DNA from: Gammaproteobacteria bacterium
GTDB taxonomy: Bacteria > Pseudomonadota > Gammaproteobacteria > CBDBNL01 > JAAOII01
Length of the DNA stretch: 64,000 bases
NCBI GenBank assembly: GCA_965209035.1
Contig: OZ242372.1
Coordinates: 1,120,001 to 1,184,000 of the forward strand
Direction: 5' to 3'
Positions 29,507 to 38,786 of this stretch are shown piece after piece (within the stretch, counting starts at the first letter, position 1; every line of letters begins with the position of its first letter). Both the position numbers and the translations under genes were made by a program. A model generated the notes under the pieces. That model searched no databases. It was given only the letters and a program-made list of their open reading frames with translations, and was not told the origin of the DNA.

Positions 29507-30430
29507 TTAAGGCAAAATACCCCGATATGCACGGTGCACCCGGCTACGCATGTAAATTATTTTATTCCGGCAGCCGACCAGAGCGCGACCGCCGAGATTG
29601 TGCACCGTCACTTCCGAACGCACCATTCTTTTTTCCATGGCCAGGGCGGCGGCGGCACAGGAATTGGAACCGCATGCCAGCGTGGGACCGCTCCCCCGTT
29701 CGTATGTACGCAAAATGAGGTTGTCGCGATCGGCAACAAACACAAAGCCCACATTGGCTCCGGCGGCCAACGCCGGATGCCGAGCCAATTGCTCGCCGTA
29801 TGCGGCCAGCATCGCATCGGGACCGGCCGCACCGGTTCGCTGCGAGGCAAACACGATTAAGTGCGGATTACCGACAGACACAGGCCAGACGGTCAATTTA
29901 GTTCTTGCGGCGCCGGCTTGCCGGGCGGCGGGAGGATAAGCAGCGTCCGGTTCCAAACACAAGGACTCGGCCAGTGTCGGATTTTTTTGTGCGCGCACTT
30001 TGCCGGGAGTAAAAACGGATTGCCAACTCATATCCGGTTTGTCCAAATACGAAGTGATATTACCCCGCCCCGCCCCTTCCACCCGGGCAAGACCGCCTGC
30101 GGTTTCCACCGCCAAGGAATCGCGCATCGTCAAGCCGACGGCGCGCACAAAGACATAGAAACAACGCAGTCCGTTACCGCATTGGCCGGCTTCGCTGCCG
30201 TCGGCATTGTAAATGCGCATAAAAAAATCGGCATCTTCTCGGCGCGGCGGCTCCGCACACAATAACTGGTCAAAGCCGATGCCCTGGTGGCGGTTGGCCC
30301 AACTGCGGATTATTTTCGGTTGTATGGGCATGGGCGCGGGCATGGACAGGGCACCGCACCGAATGCCGTCCGTCAGCATAAAGTCGTTGCCGAGCGTATG
30401 CATCTTGAAAAAAGGAGTTCCGATCTTCAT
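29507..30430 (-). CDS. dapF: Diaminopimelate epimerase
   Basis: KMHTLGNDF, GIGFDQ, NADGSEAGQCGNG, VGNPH, ERGSGPTLACGS. Confidence 0.96.
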   Translation of the reverse strand: MKIGTPFFKMHTLGNDFMLTDGIRCGALSMPAPMPIQPKIIRSWANRHQGIGFDQLLCAEPPRREDADFFMRIYNADGSEAGQCGNGLRCFYVFVRAVGLTMRDSLAVETAGGLARVEGAGRGNITSYLDKPDMSWQSVFTPGKVRAQKNPTLAESLCLEPDAAYPPAARQAGAARTKLTVWPVSVGNPHLIVFASQRTGAAGPDAMLAAYGEQLARHPALAAGANVGFVFVADRDNLILRTYERGSGPTLACGSNSCAAAALAMEKRMVRSEVTVHNLGGRALVGCRNKIIYMRSRVHRAYRGILP

Positions 30431-30915
30431 TTTGATTTTGTTATTCTTTTATCTTTCATTTTTTATCTCTCGCCCCTCAATCCTCACTCTTCATTCCGCC
30501 GGCAAGATCTCCCCGGCAAGAAGATCGGCAAGGGTCTCGCGGCGGCGGATCAGAAAATGGCGGTCGCCGCGCACCGGGACTTCCGCCGCCCGCGGTCGGC
30601 TATTATAATTGGATGCCATGCTCATCGCATAGGCACCGCAATCGGCAATATGAAGGCGTTGCCGAGTGTGTGCATCTTGAAAAAAGGAGCTCCGATCTTC
30701 ATTTTGATTTTGTTATTCTTTTATCTTTCATTTTTTATCTCTCGCCCCTCAATCCTCACTATTCATTCCGCCGGCAAGATCTCCCCGGCAAGAAGATCGG
30801 CAAGGGTCTCGCGGCGGCGGATCAGAAAGTGGCGGTCGCCGCGTACCAGGACCTCCGCCGCCCGCGGCCGGCTGTTGTAATTGGATGCCATGCTCATCGC
30901 ATAGGCGCCGCAATC
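30385..30915. repeat. 272-bp tandem duplication of lysA 3' end, spacer and dapF 5' start
   Basis: CGTTGCCGAG..CATCTTGAAAAAAGGAG at 30385 and 30657; copies differ by several substitutions. Confidence 0.92.
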
Positions 30916-32064
30916 TTCAATTGCCAAGAGGTCTCCCTGGCGCAGATTCAAACGCTGCGAGCGTGCCAAAAAATCGGCACTCTCGCAGACGGGGCCGACC
31001 AGGTCAAACTCCCGCGGGGCTTCCTCCCGCTCTTCACCGCTGACCCGAAGCACCGAGTGGTGTGCGCCGTAAAGAGCCGGACGCGGGAGGTCATTCATCG
31101 CGGCATCCGCGATGGCAAAGTTTTTTTCTTTGGTTTCCTTCAGATACTCAACGCGCGTTAACAGAATACCGGCATGTGCGACCAGGCTGCGTCCCGGCTC
31201 TATGATGAAATGCACGCGCCGGCGATGCTCCCAGTCGTCAAAGACTCTCAGAATCTTGGGGAGGTCCGTCAACGGAAACGCTTCCTCGCCGGGTTGATAA
31301 GAAATACCGAAGCCGCCTCCCAAACTGAGGTGCGGGACAAAAATACCATGGTTTGCCAGTTCGTCATAGGCAAGACGCAAGTTTTCCGCCGAACGCACAA
31401 AGGGATGGAGATCGCGGATTTGAGAGCCGATGTGGCTGCCGATGCCGTCAAGGCGCAGAAACGGCGATTCTTTGAGTTGTTGTGCAACTGCCAAGACCTC
31501 GTCCGCGGCAATGCCGAACTTGTCATCGCCGCCGCCGGTGCGAATGTGCCGGTGCGTTTCGGGACGAACATCCGGATTAATGCGCAGGAGAACACCCGCC
31601 TGTTTTTTCAGGGGCTTATTTGACTTGTTGGACTTGTTTAAGGACGATGCCACTTGTACCAGACGCTCGCCTTCGGCGGCCGACTCAACCCCGATATGCC
31701 CAATTCCTTTTTGAATAGCAGCCTCCAATTCCTCGGTTGTCTTGCCAACCCCGTAAAAAATAACCTTGTCGGCCGGGACACCCAGACGCAATACTCGCTC
31801 CAATTCGCCGCCGGAAACCACATCAAAACCGCAACCCATGTCTTTGAGAATGCGTAAGATCGCCCCGTTGGAATTGGCCTTGACCGCATAGCGGATTTCG
31901 GTTTGAGTGCCGCGTAAGATTTTTTGATATGCGGTACATGCGTCGCGCACCGATTGCTCGGAATAAACAAACAAGGGCGTGCCGTAGGTCCGCGCAAGTT
32001 CTTCCAAAGAAACGCCTTCGCAATACAGATTGGCGTTTGACGACGGGCGGAAGTGACCTGTCAT
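30763..32064 (-). CDS. lysA: Diaminopimelate decarboxylase (start MTGHF)
   Basis: [41 protein letters not shown]. Confidence 0.96.
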   Translation of the reverse strand: MTGHFRPSSNANLYCEGVSLEELARTYGTPLFVYSEQSVRDACTAYQKILRGTQTEIRYAVKANSNGAILRILKDMGCGFDVVSGGELERVLRLGVPADKVIFYGVGKTTEELEAAIQKGIGHIGVESAAEGERLVQVASSLNKSNKSNKPLKKQAGVLLRINPDVRPETHRHIRTGGGDDKFGIAADEVLAVAQQLKESPFLRLDGIGSHIGSQIRDLHPFVRSAENLRLAYDELANHGIFVPHLSLGGGFGISYQPGEEAFPLTDLPKILRVFDDWEHRRRVHFIIEPGRSLVAHAGILLTRVEYLKETKEKNFAIADAAMNDLPRPALYGAHHSVLRVSGEEREEAPREFDLVGPVCESADFLARSQRLNLRQGDLLAIEDCGAYAMSMASNYNSRPRAAEVLVRGDRHFLIRRRETLADLLAGEILPAE

Positions 32065-32369
32065 TTGGGTGCGAGGGCAGGGGCAGGAACGAGGGCGGGT
32101 GCGTAAGAGAGGATGATGACCCTGCCGGCTTCCTGCGGTTCTTCCGGTGCGGGCAAATGCAAGGGTCCCTTGAGGCCGCAGCCGCCGAGAGACAGCAACA
32201 CAACCGCCAAAATAATTCGCAGGCTGCGAGGTAGCTTGCCGAATAAACGCAGTGCCGGCGGCGCACCGGGTCGGCGGCACGCCCGGGCGGGCGAACAAGT
32301 GACCGAGCAGGCAGACCGAACGGCAACGGATGCGACAGACAGAAAAAGCGCGGCAGGAGCGGAAAACAT
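32061..32369 (-). CDS. lptM: LPS translocon maturation lipoprotein LptM (YifL/LppL); start uncertain
   Basis: LGGCGLKGPLHLP motif directly upstream of lysA. Confidence 0.75.
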   Translation of the reverse strand: MFSAPAALFLSVASVAVRSACSVTCSPARACRRPGAPPALRLFGKLPRSLRIILAVVLLSLGGCGLKGPLHLPAPEEPQEAGRVIILSYAPALVPAPALAPK

Positions 32370-32399
32370 AGAATCTATTTTACAATCAATACGACTGCT

Positions 32400-32948
32400 C
32401 CCGTTTCACAGACCGGATATAACCTGTGTCCAAAAACAGAAAACTCGCACCCGACCTCCGACTTCCAACTTCCAACCTCCCCGTTTCACCGGCAAAAATA
32501 ACCCGCGGAAAAAACAGAAAACGCGCACCCGACTTCTAACTTCCGACTTCCGACTTCCAACCTCCCCGTTTCACGGGCCGGATATAACCTGCGTCCAAAA
32601 ACAGAAAACGCGCACCCGACCTCCGACTTCCAACTTCCAACTTCCCCGTTTCACAGACCGAAAATAACCCGCGGAAAAAACAGAAAACGCGCACCCGACT
32701 TCTAACTTCCGACTTCCGACTTCCAACCTCCCCGTTTCACGGGCCGGATATAACCTGCGTCCAAAAACAGAAAACGCACACCCGACCTCCGACTTCCGAC
32801 TTCCAACCTCCCCGTTTCACGGACCGGATATAACCTGCGTCCAAAAACAGAAAACGCGCACCCGACCTCCGACTTCCAACTTCCGACTTCCAACTTCCCC
32901 GTTTCACAGACCGGATATAACCTGCATCCAAAAACAGAAAACTCGCAT
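32400..32948. repeat. Seven tandem 80-87 bp units with internal CCRACTT heptamers
   Basis: CCGTTTCAC at 32401, 32481, 32566, 32646, 32732, 32812, 32899. Confidence 0.95.
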
Positions 32949-33097
32949 CGACACATCTACACCTCTGACACCTCCAACACCTCGACATATCAGAGGGCAC
33001 TGTTCCGGGTTCCGGCGGAAGGAGGATGTCTGTTCGGGGGGTGTCTTCTTATAATTGACATTATGCAACATCTATACAGCCTATGCGGCCACCTTTA

Positions 33098-34132
33098 ATG
33101 ACACGCAAGTTTCCGGCAAACAGATTCAGGCGCATTCGCGCCCGGGCGTTTGCGCGCGATCTGACAGCCGAAACGAGATTGACGCCGGCAGACCTGATTT
33201 TACCGATCTTTGTTTGCGAAAACGAAGAACGGCAACTTGACATTCCCGCTATGCCGGGAGTGAGTCGGGTGCGTTTGGAAGGCCTGGTGCGGCTTGGCCG
33301 CCGGGTGACGGCAGCGGGAATACCCGCCATTGCTCTTTTCCCTGTGGTGCCAAAAGAAAAGAAAACACCCTATGCTACGGAAGCCCATAACGAGAACGGT
33401 CTCATTCCGCGGGCGGTGCGGTTACTCAAGAAGCGTGTGCCGGAACTGGGCGTGATTACGGACATCGCGCTGGACCCCTATACCTCGCACGGGCATGATG
33501 GCATCACGGATGCACGGGGACAGGTAGTGAACGACGGAACATTACACCTTTTGGCAAGACAGGCTCTTTGCCTGGCGGAAGCCGGCAGCGATGTGTTGGC
33601 TCCTTCGGATATGATGGACGGACGCATCGGGCATGTGCGGGCGGCGCTTGAGAAAAACGGCTACCCGGAAACGATGCTGCTTTCCTATGCGGCAAAGTAT
33701 GCGTCCGCATTTTACGGCCCTTTTCGCGAGGCTCTCGGTTCGGCCGGTAATCTCGGCAAGAGCGACAAGAGGTCCTATCAGATGGATCCCGCCAATACGG
33801 ACGAGGCACTGGCGGAGGTGGCGGCGGATATTGAGGAAGGCGCGGATATGGTGATGGTGAAACCGGGCATCTGTTATTTGGATATTGTTCGGCGGGTAAA
33901 AAGCCGGTTCGGTGTCCCAACTTTGGCGTATCAGGTGAGCGGCGAATATGCGATGTTGTCCCTGGCGGGACAGGCGAACGGGAACGAAGAGGCGTTGTTT
34001 TTTGAATCGCTGCTCGCGTTTAAGCGAGCCGGCGCGGATGGAATTCTTTCTTACTATGCTCTGCGGGCTGCGGAGCGATTGAATAGCGGCAGGGGCGGCA
34101 GAGGCAATAAAGACAATAAAGGCAGGGCGTAA
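33098..34132 (+). CDS. hemB: Porphobilinogen synthase
   Basis: DIALDPYTSHGHDG, APSDMMDGR, KYASAFYGPFR, MVKP, AYQVSGEY. Confidence 0.97.
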   Translation: MTRKFPANRFRRIRARAFARDLTAETRLTPADLILPIFVCENEERQLDIPAMPGVSRVRLEGLVRLGRRVTAAGIPAIALFPVVPKEKKTPYATEAHNENGLIPRAVRLLKKRVPELGVITDIALDPYTSHGHDGITDARGQVVNDGTLHLLARQALCLAEAGSDVLAPSDMMDGRIGHVRAALEKNGYPETMLLSYAAKYASAFYGPFREALGSAGNLGKSDKRSYQMDPANTDEALAEVAADIEEGADMVMVKPGICYLDIVRRVKSRFGVPTLAYQVSGEYAMLSLAGQANGNEEALFFESLLAFKRAGADGILSYYALRAAERLNSGRGGRGNKDNKGRA

Positions 34133-34136
34133 AAAT

Positions 34137-35444
34137 CTAAACGCCCGTGCCGGGTTGCGGCACATCTATTCCCCCGGGGCTTGCACCCTGATCGATGAGG
34201 TCGGCGGGACGCGGCGGATTTTTCTTGATCCAGTAAACAAACAACATACTGCCGGCAATGCCGGAGAAAAGAGAGCCGGCGAGAATACCGATGAGTGTCT
34301 GGTCAATGAAACTTTCGTTGCCGGCATAAGCGATGGTGCCGATGAGGAGACTCATCGTAAAACCGATGCCGCAAATAAAACCCATCGCCAGAAGGTTAAG
34401 CGGGTCTATCTGTGGCGGAAACTTGATCCGAAAAAGAAAACGCCATAAAAAGGTGCCGACAAGCATCCCTACCGGCTTGCCGATGAACAGACCGAAGAAA
34501 ACGCCGAGCGAGATGCCACTAAAAAACAACCCTTCGGAAAAGGCGTTTGCCAGGGGCAAACCGGAATTGACGAAAGCAAAAAGAGGCAGTATGCCGAGCA
34601 TGACCGTGCGATGCAAACTATGTTCCAACTTATAAGCCGGCGAAACATAGCCCATACGAAAGGTGCCGAGGTCCTGACCGAAGGCATGCGGCAAGCCCGC
34701 CTTGGGTTTTGTTTTAAGCGGGATGCAAAATGCAATTAAAATACCCGTCAGGGTCGGATGAATGCCCGTGTTCAGCATAAAAAACCAGGACAGCAAGCCT
34801 ACCAGCAGATACGGAGTGAGCGAGCGAACATTGAGGAGATTAAAAAGAGCCATACAGAACACGCAGAAAAACGAAAAGAGAAGCATCATCAGATTGATGT
34901 CGCCGGAATAAACAACGGCAATGATGATGATAGCGCCGATGTCGTCTATGACCGCCAGGGCAAGAACAAACAACTTGACATTGTGCGGCAACAGGCGACC
35001 GAACAGGGCGATGATGCCCACCGCAAAGGCGATGTCGGTGGCGGTTGGCACGGCCCAACCGGACAGAGTTGCCGGGTTGTCGGAATTGAAAAGATAGAAC
35101 AAAAAGGCCGGCACGAGAATTCCGCCCAGCGCGGCAAAAGTAGGCAGAATGACATAGTTGATGTTGGCAAGTTGTCCCGCCAGGAATTCGCGCTTAATTT
35201 CCAACCCGACCAAAAGAAAGAAAATCACCATCAAGCCCTCGTTAATCCAATGATGCAGGCTGTAGTCCAGTTCAATATCACCCACGGAAATGCCAATATG
35301 GAATTCCAGGAAAGAATGATACTTGCCGGCTGCGACCGAGTTTTCCAAAACAAGTGCCAGGACAGTGGCAACTAACAATAACACACCGCCGGCACTGTCG
35401 GAATCAAAGATCTTTTTTATGATTGTCCCAAAATTATTTTTCAT
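34137..35444 (-). CDS. nhaA: Na+/H+ antiporter
   Basis: HWINEGLM, LEIKRE, ATDIAFA, LAVIDD, GIGFTMS. Confidence 0.95.
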   Translation of the reverse strand: MKNNFGTIIKKIFDSDSAGGVLLLVATVLALVLENSVAAGKYHSFLEFHIGISVGDIELDYSLHHWINEGLMVIFFLLVGLEIKREFLAGQLANINYVILPTFAALGGILVPAFLFYLFNSDNPATLSGWAVPTATDIAFAVGIIALFGRLLPHNVKLFVLALAVIDDIGAIIIIAVVYSGDINLMMLLFSFFCVFCMALFNLLNVRSLTPYLLVGLLSWFFMLNTGIHPTLTGILIAFCIPLKTKPKAGLPHAFGQDLGTFRMGYVSPAYKLEHSLHRTVMLGILPLFAFVNSGLPLANAFSEGLFFSGISLGVFFGLFIGKPVGMLVGTFLWRFLFRIKFPPQIDPLNLLAMGFICGIGFTMSLLIGTIAYAGNESFIDQTLIGILAGSLFSGIAGSMLFVYWIKKNPPRPADLIDQGASPGGIDVPQPGTGV

Positions 35445-35567
35445 ATTGTTACTGTTAATGATATCCGCATGTTACCTGTTTCCATTATAACCGCTTTGTG
35501 CTGCATGTCCTTTCGGTATTCCAAAAAAGTACGAGACTTCATATCACCGGACTGAGCATAAACAGTT

Positions 35568-36679
35568 TTATGATCCGTCATGATGCATCGGATTCATTTG
35601 ATAATTCTTGAAGCGTTCCGTCGCGGTCTGCAAGATCTCCGAATTGATTTCGTAACCGATGCCATTGCGTTTCAGGTCGGCGGCGGCCAACAAGCCGGTG
35701 CAAGAACCGGCAAAAGGGTCCAGGACGGTTTCAGAGACATAACTATATGCCTTGATTAATCTGTACGGAAGTTCGGACGGAAAGGGGGCGACATGGCTGC
35801 GCCCGTCCCCGCTTTGTTGCGGTTTCATTAACCAGATGTCCGAATTCTTCAGACTCAGCCAGAACTCTTTATCCAACTTGGACTGTTCTTTCTGCTCGGC
35901 TGACAGATGCGCATACTTACGCGTGCCGGCGGCCGCCGGCTTGTCAAACTCCAAAATAAACTCGTGCCTATATAAGCACCAAAGTGCGCGCGGACGCCGT
36001 TGGTTTTGTGCCAGACGATGTCCCGCTTAAAGATAAAGCCGACGCTTTCCATTAGGTCAATAGTTTTGCCCGCTAAGTTGAGACAACGAAAGGTCTTGGC
36101 ATAACGGATGGGGAGATTCATAATATTAACAAAAATCTTGCGACCGGGTTGCAGCACGCGCAGGCATTCTTGCCAAACGCATCGGATGTTTTCAAACCAT
36201 TCGTCCAGATCATGGATGTTACCCAAGTCGTTCCCAATATGGTTTGCCGAGTACATCTTGGCATTGAAGTAGGGCGGCGAGGTGACGATCAAGTGAACGG
36301 ATTGATCCTCAAGAACATCCATCCGCATAGAATTGCCGCAAATGATTTTTTGCACGGTTGGGCCGCAAACGAATGCATCGCCACGGGCAGTCTGTGGATC
36401 GGGCTTTGGCGCGGGCTCTGGCACGGGCGACGCGGCTTCCGCGGAAAGTTGCCGTTCAAGTAGTTTCCCGCATCGCAGAGATTGCAGATCACTCAATCGG
36501 TATCTGTACTGACCGCCCGCGGACCTGCGAGCGGGAACCTCTCCGGTTTTGGTCATACGATGCAGTTCGCTTACGGAAATTCCCGAAAACCCGGCACTTT
36601 CAATTGCCGATAAGTAGGATCTGGTTTTATAGGCATCGCGCGGATCTGCCGGAGGGTTGTGCCTGACGTTCGTAACCAT
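35568..36679 (-). pseudogene. Frameshifted N4/N6 DNA methyltransferase with N-terminal HTH
   Basis: TSPPYF in 35855-36679; HVAPFP and VLDPFAGS in 35568-35954; frame change near 35970. Confidence 0.82.
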
Positions 36680-36768
36680 TAATTCTCTCTAATACTTTTG
36701 GAGTGTTTTTGGAATGCTTTTTGAAGTTCGTCTTTTTTGTGCATCATTTAAGTAAGTATTATACGCAC

Positions 36769-36820
36769 TGTATGATCCCACCTACGTTCCGGACTTTTGT
36801 TGTTTTTGTAAAAACAGGCT
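36769..36820 (-). mobile_element. Solo IS481 right-end remnant
   Basis: TGTATGATCCCACCTACGTTCCGGACTTTTGTTGTTTTTG. Confidence 0.75.
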
Positions 36821-36891
36821 TTTTCATTCAGAAGACAGAGCACACTTTGTGGCCAAAACTCTTCCGGGAAGATGCAATGTGATGCGAAATG

Positions 36892-38157
36892 CTATGCGGA
36901 ATCTTCACTCGCCGGAGCGGAAGGGATTTTGCAGATTCTGACCCATCTTTGTCGCTGACTTCCGCTCTTTTCGTTTTCTATGGTGATTTGAAATTCGTTC
37001 CAGGCAATGCATACCGGCGACCGGGGCAGTTCTTCCAACTTCTCAAGAATAAGACCGCGCAATGTTTTGGCCTGACCGGATTTCAAATCAAGACCCAATC
37101 TGTTGTTTAGAGTGCGCAGCGGGATACTGTCCGCCACCAACCAGGTATGCGGGTCTATCTCTCTGATGGAAGAGGCTTCCAGCATACCGGTGATCTGAGA
37201 AATAATGTCCTTAAGAGTAATCATCCCTTGCGGAACTCCGTATTCGTCAACAACAATCGCATGATGACTTTTACTTTCCAAAAAATCTTCCAACTGATTT
37301 AAAAGATTAACAGTCACCGGGACAAACGGGGCTTCCAACACAAGAGACTGGAGTTTTTCTTTGGTGAACTTGGCTTGATTAAACATAATCTTAACTTGAC
37401 GGACATCCAGAAATCCGAGCGGTTCGTTAATGTTATCCATAAAGACCAAAAGATGGCTGTGCTTTGCTTTATTCAGAGTCTTTTTGATGCGAGGCAAGGG
37501 TTGGCTTAGATCGCATGCTTCCACATGGCCAAGGGCTGTCATGGCTTCTTCCACACGGGCGGCATGGAAGTCCAAAATATTTAATAGCATATCGCTTTGT
37601 TTCACCGAAAGAAGCGCACGGGCATCCACAACCGCTCCTTTGAGTTCGGCAATATTGATGCCGTTACTTTTTTCTTTTTTGCCCAGTAGGATCAATCGCT
37701 TTAGTATTTCAACCATATGACTTAACAAAACAATCACGGGAAGGAATAAAGCCTTTAAGGGGTAAAGAAGCCAAGCGGATCCGATTGTCAAAGTATAAGG
37801 ATGACGATATGCAATACTTTTGGGAGTGATCTCACAAAAAATTAAAATGAAAAAGGTGGTGAGCAAAGAAGAAACCAGAACGAAGTTTTCTCCAAAATAA
37901 CGAATGGTGAAAACAGCTACCAGAGTGGTCATGCCCACATTTGCCAGATTGTTTCCCAAAAGAATGAAACTCAGCAGTCTGTCCGGATGATTTAATAACT
38001 TATGGGCAAGTTTTGCAAGATACTTGTTGCGAGCGGCTGCGGCTTTAAGTTGGTGGCGACTGACCGCAACATAGGCTGTTTCCGCTGCGGAGAAAAACAC
38101 GGATGCCGCAACAGAAAGAAGAAGAAACCCCAATAAGGTGGTAAAAGATGTTTCCAT
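36892..38157 (-). CDS. CNNM/CorB-family transporter (DUF21, CBS, CorC_HlyC)
   Basis: FFSAAETA, ILLGNNLAN, EITPK, VVDEYG. Confidence 0.9.
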   Translation of the reverse strand: METSFTTLLGFLLLSVAASVFFSAAETAYVAVSRHQLKAAAARNKYLAKLAHKLLNHPDRLLSFILLGNNLANVGMTTLVAVFTIRYFGENFVLVSSLLTTFFILIFCEITPKSIAYRHPYTLTIGSAWLLYPLKALFLPVIVLLSHMVEILKRLILLGKKEKSNGINIAELKGAVVDARALLSVKQSDMLLNILDFHAARVEEAMTALGHVEACDLSQPLPRIKKTLNKAKHSHLLVFMDNINEPLGFLDVRQVKIMFNQAKFTKEKLQSLVLEAPFVPVTVNLLNQLEDFLESKSHHAIVVDEYGVPQGMITLKDIISQITGMLEASSIREIDPHTWLVADSIPLRTLNNRLGLDLKSGQAKTLRGLILEKLEELPRSPVCIAWNEFQITIENEKSGSQRQRWVRICKIPSAPASEDSA

Positions 38158-38786
38158 AGAATTAGAATACTCTCAATTTTAGGATGTAACGGATTGGTAT
38201 GATTTTAGAGACCTTATGTTTGTTGTAACAACAAGTTGTTGGTAGTTATTAATGATAATAAATAATTTAAATTTATTATTGTTATTAGATTGTTTATTAT
38301 AGTTGTAACCGCCACTAACTTCTATTTTATCTTATGTTTGTAAGGAATTGGATTAAAACAACAGGGTTGTTAATCTGTTTGTTTTTTGTTTGTTCTTTTT
38401 ACATAAGCCTCGTTTCTTTTTTTTGAGTTCCTATTTTTTCACCGGCAGCTTTTTTTATGTCGGCAATCTACAAATTACAAACAAGAAAAAAATTAAAAAA
38501 CCTTAATTACTCTTTTTTTCCATTCTCTTGTTTGATTTTTTTCTTATAACTATATTTGTTGTTCGTGATAAAAAAAGAGGCGATTTAATGGCGAACAAAG
38601 TGACAAAACAAAGTGACAAAACGTTGAGCGGTAGTTTGTAGTTTGTTTCAAGTTGGTATTCCAAATGAGGATACGGAACAGGAACAAAAGAAGAGCGGAG
38701 TGTTTGAGAGATTTAATGATTGTCTTATTTTATAAGGCTTTTTGAAATATGAATGTAAAGTAAAAATGACAGAAGAAAAATAAAAG
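38158..38786. promoter_or_regulatory. AT-rich region upstream of dnaA; candidate oriC and dnaA promoter
   Basis: 629 bp non-coding, very AT-rich; non-coding arrays are C-rich to the left (32.4 kb) and G-rich to the right (45.7 kb); no TTATCCACA seen. Confidence 0.55.

Noticed and set aside
30490-30702. DapF-LysA fusion protein from the junction duplication
   Set aside because: The two parts are out of frame and the ORF stops after about 26 codons
32065-32298. N-terminal extension of the lysA ORF
   Set aside because: Overlaps lptM in another frame; LysA similarity starts at MTGHF
32400-32948. CRISPR array (GTTTCAC-containing repeats)
   Set aside because: No unique spacers, whole units repeat, and no cas genes in the window
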